NCBI GenBank assembly: GCA_041750285.1
Contig: JBGSZS010000008.1
Span: 84,060 to 148,059, forward strand
DNA: 64,000 nt
Source: Candidatus Fermentibacteraceae bacterium
Lineage (GTDB): Bacteria > Fermentibacterota > Fermentibacteria > Fermentibacterales > JCC-6
Direction: 5' to 3'
In this document: positions 8,568-18,600 of the stretch, piece by piece
Layout of the letters: each line of letters starts with the position of its first letter
How positions within the stretch are numbered: position 1 is the first letter of the stretch
Made by a program: the position numbers and the translations under genes
The notes under the pieces: model-generated
Seen by the model: the letters and a program-made list of their open reading frames with translations, nothing else
What the model was told of the DNA's origin: nothing
Database searches by the model: none

Positions 8568-9383
8568 TTATGAGCGCTCCTTCACGGCAACGAACCGTCC
8601 CCTGCCGAAGTTCCCGGCACGCGCCTTCTCAAGCATGAAACCGAACTCGGCACCGAGGAATGCGAAGACATCAGGGTTCCAGCCCAGTATCCGCATCGCG
8701 TCGAAGTGCCTCTGGCCCGCGAGCTGCCCAAGGTAGTTCTGAATGTGATCGGCGAAATCCGCCGTATGATCGGATACCTCCAGCACCCTGAACCCGTTCT
8801 CCTGGAGAAGCGTGGTGTAACCCTTGATGCAGAGCATGTCGGGGAACTTCATCACAGAACAGATGCGCCGGGCCGAATCCTCGTCCATCCCCGCGGGGCC
8901 GATCAGCCAGTCCGTGAAGGCGATCTTCCCGCCGGGGCGCAGCACCCTTGCGGCCTCGGAGATGAGCCGGGCCTTGTCCTCAACGTAGCACCAGGCGTCC
9001 TCGCCCCACACGCCGTCGAATCGCGCGTCGGGGTAGGGGATCGCAGTGACGTCGCCAAGCTTGACCTCGCAGTTGCCAAAGCCCGCCTCGGAAAGCCTTT
9101 TTTGGGACTCGTCCACCATGTGGGGGGTTGCATCAACGCCGTACGCCTTCACGCCGTATGTTCTGGCCAGGAAGTGCATGCCGGCCCCCAGGGCCGAGCA
9201 GAGGTCTACCACTTCATCCCCGGCCTTCCATCCCGCTATGTCTCCCAGGGCTTTCGAGCTTGCGTACCCTCCGACATGGATCTGCTCGCCCATGATGAGC
9301 TCCCACAGCCTGCCCTCAAAGCCGCTGTAGACTTCTTTGACATTCTCAAGGGTCATTCCGGTTTTCTGCATTGCGCCCTCCAA
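8568..9383 (-). CDS. Class I SAM-dependent methyltransferase
   Basis: VVDLCSALGAGMHFLA (motif I, GxGxG-like), ..ARVLRPGGKIAFTDW (post-II). Ends 50 nt upstream of the dehydratase genes on the same strand. Confidence 0.7.
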   Translation of the reverse strand: MEGAMQKTGMTLENVKEVYSGFEGRLWELIMGEQIHVGGYASSKALGDIAGWKAGDEVVDLCSALGAGMHFLARTYGVKAYGVDATPHMVDESQKRLSEAGFGNCEVKLGDVTAIPYPDARFDGVWGEDAWCYVEDKARLISEAARVLRPGGKIAFTDWLIGPAGMDEDSARRICSVMKFPDMLCIKGYTTLLQENGFRVLEVSDHTADFADHIQNYLGQLAGQRHFDAMRILGWNPDVFAFLGAEFGFMLEKARAGNFGRGRFVAVKERS

Positions 9384-9630
9384 GCTGCCGGGGTTCCGGC
9401 GTTGCGGCGGAGAGCGGAGAGGTTACGGAACGCGTCCCTGCACTCCACCTGTGCCCGGGTTCCCACGGAACCCGTTAAAGGTTCCTCAGGTCCGCGATAC
9501 GATGGTGTGCAGGTTCATCAATTCCCTTCCGTACGGGTAAGTTTTTCGAACACTACGGAAAGACCGGGGGTTGGTCAAGAGGGTCGAACACCGTATTCCG
9601 GCATCCGACCCTCAAGTTCAACAACCGAAC

Positions 9631-11310
9631 CTAGAGCAGTATCATCCGTGACACAAAAACCCTGGAACCGTTCTCCATCCTCACGAGGTAAACGCCAGGC
9701 GGGACCGAGCCGGACCTGTTCCAGGAGACCGACGCGCCCTCCGCCCCCAGAACCGTGCCAAGGCTGTCAACGAGCCGTCCGGAGAGGTCGTAGATCCGAA
9801 CAAAGGCAGTCTCTCCCGCAACCCCGCCCAGAACAAAGCTCACCGCTCCCCTGGAGGGGTTAGGTGTTACTCGAAGGAACCCGGAGCACGAACCGGGGTC
9901 AACGCCCAGGTACTGACCCATGGTGCCATCGGACTGGATGTTCTGGGCGTAGACGCCGCCGTCACTCCTGAAGTCGGTCCAGGCATAGTAGGCGCCGCCA
10001 TCGTATCCCGGGCACACCACGGGGTCGTCCTTGCCCCCGAGGCTTCCCGCCGAAAGCGAGACCGGCCCCCACAGGACCGTTCCATCGAAGCCAAGCTTCA
10101 GGACCTTGAGGGATGTGTTCGACGAATTGATGAAGTAGGAGACGAAGATCCCGTCTGTTGACGCCATGGCAGTAACGAAGGCAGTCTGCTCCGCCCCGAG
10201 CGGAAGAAGCTCGAGGCCGCTGTCCGTCCACAACCGATCCCCTGTTTCAGAGAACTTCTGTCCGTAGACACCGTACATGTTCTGGTTGGCGTTGCTCTCC
10301 ACCCAGAAGACAAAGCATTCGCCCGCGGTGTTCATCACCGCCGAGGGGCTCATGTGCAGCCTGTCCTCGGAAAAAGTCGAGGCCTGGGCGCCGTTGAAGG
10401 GGAAAAGGTTGATGCCCTGGCTGTCGAGGTGCTGCACCCACACATCGAACGCGTTCACAGTGGGTGAATCGTACCAGAAGCAAACAGCCCCGTCTGAACC
10501 ATCCCCGATGATCCCCGGGAAGGTCCATGGGGTAATGGCGCCGGTGTTGTAGACAAGGACCGGCGAGTCGCTCCAGGTGCCCTCTCCGTTCACATCGAGC
10601 ATGTCCGCGTAGAGGTGGGTCACCGTCATGGGGTATGACCCGGTCGAGCTTTTCCAGAGAACTATGACGCTGTCCTGGCCCGAGGCAACCATGGCCGGCG
10701 AGGAAAGGTCCGCCGAAGCGCTCGACAGGACAAGACCGTAGTCTCCCCACAGTTTCTCGCCCGAAGGGGAGAGCTTCTGGAAGACGAGGTAGTCGGTGTC
10801 TTCGGACTTGCCCCAGGCAAAAACGCAGTTCCCCTGATCCGTCACCGCGACCACGGGGTTCGGCTCAAACCCCGGAACCGAAGGGTTCGAGAGGCAAATT
10901 CCATCGTCCCCCCACAGGAACTCCCCCGAACTGCTTACCTTGTAGACCGAGACGTCCAGTTCGCCCGAGCCGTTCCTCTCGTCCGAAAACGCCAGAACTG
11001 CGTTGTCCGACCCGTCGACGGCCATAGAGTAGTCTACGATCCAGCTCATCTGGGGCTGGTCGCTCACAAGAATCCCGTCATCCCCAAGCTGGGGATTGCC
11101 CTGGTAATCCAAACGCTGAAGGTAGACGCAGTAGCTCCCCGACCTGGTATCGAACCAGGAGATGAAGCACCCGCCGTCTGATGTGGGAACGATCTTTGGA
11201 AGAACCTGCTCACCCGAAAGGTCACAGATCGTGAGATTCAGGGTGGAATCAGGGCTCCACTGGCCGAGAAGAAGTGATGGAAGAAGGAACAACCACGGAA
11301 AGGCTCTCAT
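9631..11310 (-). CDS. Secreted beta-propeller-like protein with C-terminal T9SS (Por secretion) sorting domain
   Basis: Signal peptide MRAFPWLFLLPSLLLG. C-terminal about 80 aa (..RIYDLSGRLVDSL...PPGVYLVRMENGSRVFVSRMILL) matches the type-A T9SS CTD pattern. Confidence 0.65.
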   Translation of the reverse strand: MRAFPWLFLLPSLLLGQWSPDSTLNLTICDLSGEQVLPKIVPTSDGGCFISWFDTRSGSYCVYLQRLDYQGNPQLGDDGILVSDQPQMSWIVDYSMAVDGSDNAVLAFSDERNGSGELDVSVYKVSSSGEFLWGDDGICLSNPSVPGFEPNPVVAVTDQGNCVFAWGKSEDTDYLVFQKLSPSGEKLWGDYGLVLSSASADLSSPAMVASGQDSVIVLWKSSTGSYPMTVTHLYADMLDVNGEGTWSDSPVLVYNTGAITPWTFPGIIGDGSDGAVCFWYDSPTVNAFDVWVQHLDSQGINLFPFNGAQASTFSEDRLHMSPSAVMNTAGECFVFWVESNANQNMYGVYGQKFSETGDRLWTDSGLELLPLGAEQTAFVTAMASTDGIFVSYFINSSNTSLKVLKLGFDGTVLWGPVSLSAGSLGGKDDPVVCPGYDGGAYYAWTDFRSDGGVYAQNIQSDGTMGQYLGVDPGSCSGFLRVTPNPSRGAVSFVLGGVAGETAFVRIYDLSGRLVDSLGTVLGAEGASVSWNRSGSVPPGVYLVRMENGSRVFVSRMILL

Positions 11311-11399
11311 GGCGACCCCCGATCATGTTCAAACCACCCCGCAGCACTCTGCAGAACACCCGGCATGAGATACAAAAAACCGGAGGATCAGACAATGGA

Positions 11400-12182
11400 T
11401 CAAGGCGAACTGCTCTTCACTCCCATGGTGCCACGCAGCTCTTCCGCGAGTTGGGAGTACCTTTCCCGGGCTTCCAGGAACTTGCTGCGGAGGTCATCGG
11501 ACGACTTCACCAGAAGAAGCCTTTCCACAAGCGCCGCGTCTTCGGGTGGATAATCACGGTAGGCGTATCGAAGACCGAAGTCCACCTTTTGCGGCCGGTG
11601 CCTGAGGTTCAGCATCACACCAAGGTTCCTGACGATGTACTGGTAGTAGAATGGAAAAGCTTCGGAGACCCTGTCTCTGGCCAGAGCCTTCCCCACCTCG
11701 ATCTCCAGCACGAAACCCTGTTCAAGCGCTGTCGCATAGAACTTCCGTGCCTTTTCGAGAACCTGTTCAGGGGGTGTCGGGGCGGTGTCGACGATGGGTT
11801 CCTTCTCGAACCAGACCACTGCTTCACCATGACGGTCGCGAGCGGTGAACCTGTCGTGGACGGATCTTCTGATGAAGGCCAGGTCCAGATAGTAGAACTC
11901 AGGGGTATCCGACAGAAGGTAGAAGATCTGGGAGAACCCGTGCCAGGCTGGTTCGGGCATCCTGAGCCTCTTGAGTATGCCGTACCGTTCACCAAGAAAT
12001 CCATCCAACTGTGAGATGACTGCCTCAATGGAATCGTCTCTGCACGCGATCGACAGATCCAGGTCAGAGTACACGTCCTTATACCCGGTGGCGGCGGAGC
12101 CACCCTCCCAGGCCGCGATGACCTCGTCTCGCCCTGAAAGGAAGCTCTTCAGTTCACTTGTTACCTGTTCGGGGGTGTTCAT
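11400..12182 (-). CDS. Nucleotidyltransferase-domain protein (ANT(6)/ANT(9)-like adenylyltransferase fold)
   Basis: WEGGSAATGYKDVYSDLDLSIAC is a GS...DxD pol-beta-type nucleotidyltransferase signature. About 260 aa with a helical C-terminal domain, as in aminoglycoside/lincosamide nucleotidyltransferases. Confidence 0.55.
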   Translation of the reverse strand: MNTPEQVTSELKSFLSGRDEVIAAWEGGSAATGYKDVYSDLDLSIACRDDSIEAVISQLDGFLGERYGILKRLRMPEPAWHGFSQIFYLLSDTPEFYYLDLAFIRRSVHDRFTARDRHGEAVVWFEKEPIVDTAPTPPEQVLEKARKFYATALEQGFVLEIEVGKALARDRVSEAFPFYYQYIVRNLGVMLNLRHRPQKVDFGLRYAYRDYPPEDAALVERLLLVKSSDDLRSKFLEARERYSQLAEELRGTMGVKSSSP

Positions 12183-12218
12183 TCAAGGCACTCCTTCAAA
12201 ACAGTCCAAAACGAACGA

Positions 12219-13247
12219 TCAGCCCTTGAAAACCTCTTCGGCATGCCACGCCAGTTTGTCGCGGTCGGGGCGCCAGCCCGCATTGGCAGGCAGTACAATG
12301 CCGGTTCCGTTCATTTCGTAGTAGCTCCGGCCGTTGCTGAACTCCTCCCTCAGCCTGTCCCCGACCCTGAAGACGTAGTCCGGCGTAACTGTAACGTAGC
12401 CACGGTCGTAAAGGCTGTGAAGGTCACGGCGCAGGAGTATACCGTTGTCTATCCGGTGTTCGCCGCCCAGTCCGTACGGTTTTATGTGCGCGGCCTCGAG
12501 AACCGGCATCGAGTGCTCCCGTGTCACTGCACAAGCGCCACCGTAGGCTTCACGAACCGCAATGCTGAAAAGCCCCTGACCAAGGCGGGGATGCACGGTT
12601 ACCCCGGCGCCGAACCTTTCCGCACCCTCGGCCACGAGTGAAGGCGACCGTTCGACGTTCCAGTACACTGCACCCGCGCTTGCCCGGTCGAGACACTGGG
12701 TGAGGACACGAAGACCTTCACCGGTTTGGGTTTGGTATGTCTTTCCCTGCTGGATCCCGGTACGGGCCCAATCGGAAGGCGGCATGATCCATTGCTCCCG
12801 CGGAAAGAACACCGGCGCAGCTATCATGATGCACCCTATCATGAAATCGCCGGAGCGCTCAAGGCGGCTTCCTCCCCCCCGCAGACGAAGGATTCGGTCG
12901 AGCATTCCCTGAAAGTCTGACGCCCCGTTCATTTCTCCGAAGCAGTCCCATGCGAGCCAAGCGGGAAGTACCTCGAACCGTTCGAAGAATCCGAAACCGA
13001 CTATCGCCTTCTCGGGAGCGCGAAGCTTGAAGATGAAGGGATCACCCTTCTGGAGGGCTCGAAAAGCCCTTCCGCCGTGGGGCTGCCAGAAGTTGACCTC
13101 GTCCACCCGTGACTTGCCTGCAAGGAACGAGTACCACTCCGGATCGGTCAGCGCGATGTATCCCGACGGCATTACACCCCCCGGCGACGGAAAACAAACC
13201 AAACGCATTGACCCGTGGAGAATAGCGCCCCGGGAACGAATGGTCAA
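12219..13247 (-). CDS. HNH endonuclease (HNH_2-type, AAHIKP motif) with an N-terminal PUA/EVE-like domain. Putative modification-dependent nuclease.
   Basis: ...CAVTREHSMPVLEAAHIKPYGLGGEHRIDNGILLRRDLHSLYDRGYVTV is a HNH_2-family signature. The N-terminal 150 aa (YIALTDPEWYSFLAGK..NFWQP..FIFKL) is PUA-like. The true start may be a downstream Met (near 13172). Confidence 0.6.
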   Translation of the reverse strand: MTIRSRGAILHGSMRLVCFPSPGGVMPSGYIALTDPEWYSFLAGKSRVDEVNFWQPHGGRAFRALQKGDPFIFKLRAPEKAIVGFGFFERFEVLPAWLAWDCFGEMNGASDFQGMLDRILRLRGGGSRLERSGDFMIGCIMIAAPVFFPREQWIMPPSDWARTGIQQGKTYQTQTGEGLRVLTQCLDRASAGAVYWNVERSPSLVAEGAERFGAGVTVHPRLGQGLFSIAVREAYGGACAVTREHSMPVLEAAHIKPYGLGGEHRIDNGILLRRDLHSLYDRGYVTVTPDYVFRVGDRLREEFSNGRSYYEMNGTGIVLPANAGWRPDRDKLAWHAEEVFKG

Positions 13248-13398
13248 CGAAGAGGTGAATCACGAAAGTCGTACGAGTTTTGTGGGATTTCTCACAAAAG
13301 TAAACGACTTATGTGAGAAGATCAACATTGCCTGTGTTCACAGGAAGGTCTGAAAGCCGTTAAACTCAAAGCGAATAACATCATCCGACTTGCTGTGT

Positions 13399-14088
13399 CT
13401 ACGGCAGGTAATCGTCTATCATCGCCTTCCATCCGGTCCCTTCCCTGCTGAAGTGGGCGTAGAAGAACCTCCCGTACATCTCGCCCGACATTATGAACTT
13501 GGTCTGGCCCTCATTGGCGCTCCGGACTCCTGCGTTCCAGCTCATGGGGTGGGGAACGAAGAAGCCGCCCGAAATTGGGTCTTTCCATCCGGTTGACGGG
13601 AACTGGGGAAAGGGGCACGGGAGAGATCCTGCCGTTGTTTGCACGGGGGCCTGTTTCTTCGGTGGTTCAGGCTTGACAGCCTCCTGCGGCGCCGGCTTCC
13701 TTTTCGCATCCATTGCGCCGATGGCGAAAGGGATGACGGCAATGAGGCAAAGCGCCCCCAGGGCGACAAGCACGCCCCTGCATCCCGTCGTCATTCCCGA
13801 AAGCAGTGCCACCGTGATAAGAACAAGGCCAAGAATCGCCATGCAGCCGGCAGTCCTGGCATTGTCCTGCGGTGTGGGCTCCTTGTGAACCTGCGGAGCT
13901 TTCCGGCCCGTGTAAACGTTCCTGCCGCACTTCGGGCAGATGTCGTTTGCGAACTCGGAGGAGGCGCCGTTGTATCCGCAGTTGCGGCAGCGAACACCGC
14001 TGAAGGCAACACCGCAGTGCGGGCACCGTGAATCGGAACGGCCGGTGGGTTTTCCGCACCTTCCGCAGGTATACAGGGCTTGGTTCAT
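13399..14088 (-). CDS. Double zinc-ribbon membrane protein (hypothetical)
   Basis: N-terminal CGRCGKP..CPHCG and CRNCG..CPKCG zinc ribbons, one TM helix, Pro/Lys-rich linker, then a C-terminal globular domain. Confidence 0.45.
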   Translation of the reverse strand: MNQALYTCGRCGKPTGRSDSRCPHCGVAFSGVRCRNCGYNGASSEFANDICPKCGRNVYTGRKAPQVHKEPTPQDNARTAGCMAILGLVLITVALLSGMTTGCRGVLVALGALCLIAVIPFAIGAMDAKRKPAPQEAVKPEPPKKQAPVQTTAGSLPCPFPQFPSTGWKDPISGGFFVPHPMSWNAGVRSANEGQTKFIMSGEMYGRFFYAHFSREGTGWKAMIDDYLP

Positions 14089-14249
14089 CTAGGGCCGCCT
14101 CCCTGCATGTCAATGGGTTGCCCCCGTTTCACAGGCTCCTATTCTAAAAGAGAATCCAGCTTGAAGTAACCCTGCACTCCATGGCACCACCCTCCCCATC
14201 CATTGCTCCGAAGTGGTAGATTCAGGATATTGAATCTCTTTCCTTTTCC

Positions 14250-15620
14250 ATGGAGGGTCTGGCAATGGTTCAGCGCACCGGTATAGACAAGGTACTCTCC
14301 GGTGGATTCACCGGAACGGCAGTCACGGTTTACGGATGGGTCAGGACTTCCCGCTCGGGGAAGAACGTGGCCTTTGCCGCGCTGAATGACGGTTCCTCCG
14401 TTCAGAACCTCCAGGCCGTGTTCGACCGTGAGGTGTTCGATGACGAGGCCCTTGCGGGGCTTCAGGCGGGGGCGTGCGTTCGCGTCACGGGAACCGTCGT
14501 CGAAAGCTCCGGCGAACAGGCTGTTGAGCTTGCGGCTTCATCCCTTGAAGTGGTTGGTCCTGTGGATGCCGAGTACCCCCTTCAGAAAAAAAGGCACGGT
14601 CTCGACTTCCTTCGCACCATGCCCCACCTCCGCTCCCGGACCAACACCTTCGGCGCGGTCTTCAGGATGAGCCATCACCTGTCCCTGGCCATCCACAGGT
14701 TCTTCGACACCGAGGGCTTCTACCACGTACACACCCCCATCATCACCGAAAGCGACTGCGAGGGCGCGGGAGAGACCTTTCGTGTCACCACTCTTCCCGC
14801 TGGTTCCGCCGATTTCGATCAGGACTACTTCCGGCGCAGGGCATTCCTCTCCGTCAGCGGCCAGCTCGAAGCCGAACCGTTCGCCCTGTCGCTCGGGAAG
14901 GTCTACACATTCGGCCCCACGTTCAGGGCCGACCCTTCCGACACCAGGACCCACGTGGCAGAGTTCTGGATGATAGAACCCGAGATGGCTTTCCACGACC
15001 TCGACGACAACATCTCGCTCATCGAGAGGTTCGTGAAGTTCTGCGCAGCGTACCTTCGTGAGAAGTGCTCCTCCGACATCGCCTTTTTCTCCGAGCACTA
15101 CGAGAAGGGGCTTGCGGACCGTTACAAAACGCTGGAGGAGGGTTTTGCACGGGTCAGCTACACCGAGGCCATCAGCATTCTGGGCGCGACCTCCGGTGTT
15201 TTCTCCTCCGTTCCCGCGTGGGGAGACGATCTGGCAACCGAGCACGAGCGCTACCTGGCGGAGAAACACTTCGGCCGCCCGGTGTTCGTGACAGATTACC
15301 CCGCTTCCATGAAGCCCTTCTACATGTTCATGAACCCCGACGGCAAGACAGTGGCGGCATGCGACCTGCTGGTTCCCGGGGTGGGAGAGATAGTCGGGGG
15401 AAGCCAGAGGGAACACCGGCTTCCCGTCCTTACCGACAGGGCAGTTGCCCAGGGGCTGGATCTTTCGGTTTACGCCTGGTACCTCGAGCTTCGCAGGTGG
15501 GGTTCCGCCCCCCATGCCGGCTTTGGTCTTGGATTTGAACGGCTGTTGATGTATCTGACGGGAATGGACAACATACGCGACGTCATCCCCTTCCCGCGCA
15601 CATTCGGAAAAATGTACTAG
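14250..15620 (+). CDS. asnS: Asparagine--tRNA ligase
   Basis: Class II aaRS motifs (FRVTTL, FGPTFRAD, THVAEFWMIEPEMAF, GFGLGFERL) with an N-terminal OB anticodon-binding domain. About 456 aa, typical of AsnRS rather than AspRS. Confidence 0.85.
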   Translation: MEGLAMVQRTGIDKVLSGGFTGTAVTVYGWVRTSRSGKNVAFAALNDGSSVQNLQAVFDREVFDDEALAGLQAGACVRVTGTVVESSGEQAVELAASSLEVVGPVDAEYPLQKKRHGLDFLRTMPHLRSRTNTFGAVFRMSHHLSLAIHRFFDTEGFYHVHTPIITESDCEGAGETFRVTTLPAGSADFDQDYFRRRAFLSVSGQLEAEPFALSLGKVYTFGPTFRADPSDTRTHVAEFWMIEPEMAFHDLDDNISLIERFVKFCAAYLREKCSSDIAFFSEHYEKGLADRYKTLEEGFARVSYTEAISILGATSGVFSSVPAWGDDLATEHERYLAEKHFGRPVFVTDYPASMKPFYMFMNPDGKTVAACDLLVPGVGEIVGGSQREHRLPVLTDRAVAQGLDLSVYAWYLELRRWGSAPHAGFGLGFERLLMYLTGMDNIRDVIPFPRTFGKMY

Positions 15621-15635
15621 AAGGCTGGTGTTCCG

Positions 15636-18600
15636 GTGAGTGAAAGCATCCTTACGATTGACGGCAATGAAGCTGCTGCCCATGTGGCCCATAAACTGAG
15701 CGAAGTCATTGCCATCTACCCCATCACCCCCTCCTCGAACATGGGTGAGCACGCCGACGAATGGTCAGCGGCGGGAAGGAAGAACATCTGGGGAACCGTT
15801 CCCCTGGTGCAGGAGATGCAGAGCGAGGGCGGCGCGGCCGCTTCGGTTCACGGCGCCCTTCAGACAGGCGCCCTCACAACCACATTCACCGCAAGCCAGG
15901 GGCTCCTTCTGATGATCCCCACGATGCACAAGCTCGCGGGTGAACTGACCGCCACCGTCTTCCACGTCTCCGCGAGAAGCCTTGCGTGTCAGGCACTCTC
16001 GATCTTCGGCGACCACAGCGACGTGATGTCGGTCCGCAACACCGGGTTCGCCCTTCTTTCCAGCGCGAGCGTCCAGGAGGTTCCCGACCTTGCCGCAATC
16101 GCGCATGCCGCAACCCTGAGCAGCAGGATACCGTTCATCCACTTCTTCGACGGGTTCAGGACCAGCCACGAGGTCCAGAAGATAAGCATGCCCGGAGACG
16201 ACGTTCTCCGCGGAATGATCGACGACGAGCTGGTCCTTGCGCACCGCCACCGGGGAATGAACCCCAACCGCCCTGTTCTCCGCGGCACCAGCCAGAACCC
16301 CGACGTCTACTTCCAGGGCCGCGAGACCGTGAACTCGTACCATGCGGCAACCCCCGGCATCGTCCAGGAATACATGGACATCTACGCGGGCCTGACGGGC
16401 CGCCAGTACCACCTGTTCGACTACGTTGGCGCCCCCGATGCCGAAAGCATCGTTATCCTCATGGGCTCCGGCTGCGAGACCGCCCACGAGACGGTTGAAT
16501 GCATGCTTGCCGAGGGCGAAAAGGTCGGTGTCCTGAAAGTCCGCCTCTATCGGCCTTTCGACGCCAGCGCCCTTCTCGCCGCCATTCCCCTGAGCGCGAA
16601 GGTCCTCACGGTGCTCGACCGCACAAAGGAGCCAGGCAGCGAGGGCGAACCGCTTTACAAAGACGTCGCCACGGCACTCAAGGAATCGGGCCGTTGCGGC
16701 GTGAAGGTCCTGGGAGGGCGTTACGGTCTTTCCAGCAAGGAGTTCACACCAGCCATGGTGAAGGCGGTGTTCGACAATGCCGCCGGGCCGAAAAAGCACG
16801 GGTTCACCGTGGGCATCACCGACGACCTGACCGACACCAGCATCCCGGTGCCCGACTACTGCATGCCCTCGCAGGGAATGCACCAGGCCGTTTTCTTCGG
16901 TCTGGGCGCCGACGGGACCGTCGGGGCCAACAAGAACAGCATCAAGATCATCGGCGAGACCACCGACTTCTTCGCCCAAGGCTACTTCGTCTACGACTCC
17001 AAGAAGGCCGGGGCAATAACCGTAAGCCACCTCAGGTTCGGCCCCAGGCCGATCCGTCAGACCTGCCTCATCGGCAGGGCCGACTTCGTGGCATGCCACC
17101 AGACCGTGTTCATGGAGAAGTACGACATCCTCCGCTACGCGGCAAAGGGCGCCACCTTCCTCCTGAACACACCGTACGGCAAAGACGAGGCATGGGACAG
17201 CCTTCCCCGCGAGGCACAGAAGGACATCATCGAAAAGGGGCTGAAGTTCTACGTCATCGACGGGTACAAGGTTGCGCAGGAAACGGGCATGGGCGTGATG
17301 ATCAACACCATCATGCAGACCTGCTTCTTCGCCATCAGCGGCGTCATCCCCAGGGACGAGGCCATCGACAAGATCAAGAGCGCCATCAGGAAGACCTACG
17401 GCCGCAAGGGCGAGAAGATCGTGGAGAAGAACTACGCCGCGGTCGACCACAGCCTTGCCAACCTCTTCGAGGTGAAGTACCCCTCCAGGGTCACAAGCAG
17501 CTTCAACCGTCCTCCGTCGGTTCCAGCCCACGCGCCTGACTTCGTTCAGAGGGTGACCGCCGAGATCATCGCCCAGAGGGGTGACAACCTCCCTGTCAGC
17601 GCCATCCCCGCCGACGGCACATGGCCCACGGGAACCACCCAGTACGAAAAGAGGAACATCGCGCTCGCGATCCCGGTCTGGGACCCCGCGGTGTGCCTCC
17701 AGTGCGGTGTCTGCAGCCTCGTCTGCCCCCACGCCGCCATACGCATCAAGCATTACGATGCGTCGTGCATGAAGGGCGCCCCGGCAACCTTCAAGAGCAT
17801 CGACGGCAAGGGCAGGTTCCAGGGCAGCATGTACACCGTTCAGGTCGCCCCGGAAGACTGCACGGGCTGCGGCGCTTGCGTCGAGGCCTGCCCCGGCCGC
17901 AACAAGGCCGTCGAGGGCAGGAAAGCCATCAACATGGAGCCCCAGATCCCCCTTCGCGTACCCGAGGCCGAGAACTACTCGTTCTTCCTCGACATTCCCG
18001 ACTACGACCGCTCGAAGATCGATGTCGCCTCGGTCAAGGGAAGCCAGCTTCTCAGGCCGCTGTTCGAGTACTCGGGCGCGTGCGCCGGCTGCGGAGAGAC
18101 CCCCTACGTGAAGCTTCTCACCCAGCTCTTCGGTGACAGGGCGGTCATCGCCAACGCCACGGGCTGCAGCAGCATCTACGGCGGCAACCTTCCCACGACC
18201 CCCTACTGCAAGAATAACGACGGTCGCGGTCCTGCATGGAACAACAGCCTCTTCGAGGACGCGGCTGAGTTCGGCTTCGGGTTCAGGCTCACCGCCGACA
18301 AACACACATCCTTCGCCGTCGAGCTTCTTAACGGGTTCAAGGATCAACTCGACCCATCCCTTGTAACAGGCCTTCTCGACTGCGCACAGGTCTCCGAAGA
18401 GGAGATCGAAGCTCAACGGAAGAGGGTAGATTCCCTCAGAAAGGCGCTGGGCGGGATCGACACACCCGAGGCCCGTCAGCTCGAGAGCCTTTCGGACTAC
18501 TTCGTGAAGCGCAGCGTCTGGATCCTGGGTGGCGACGGCTGGGCCTACGACATCGGATACGGCGGCCTCGACCACGTTCTTGCCCAGGGCAGGAACGTCA

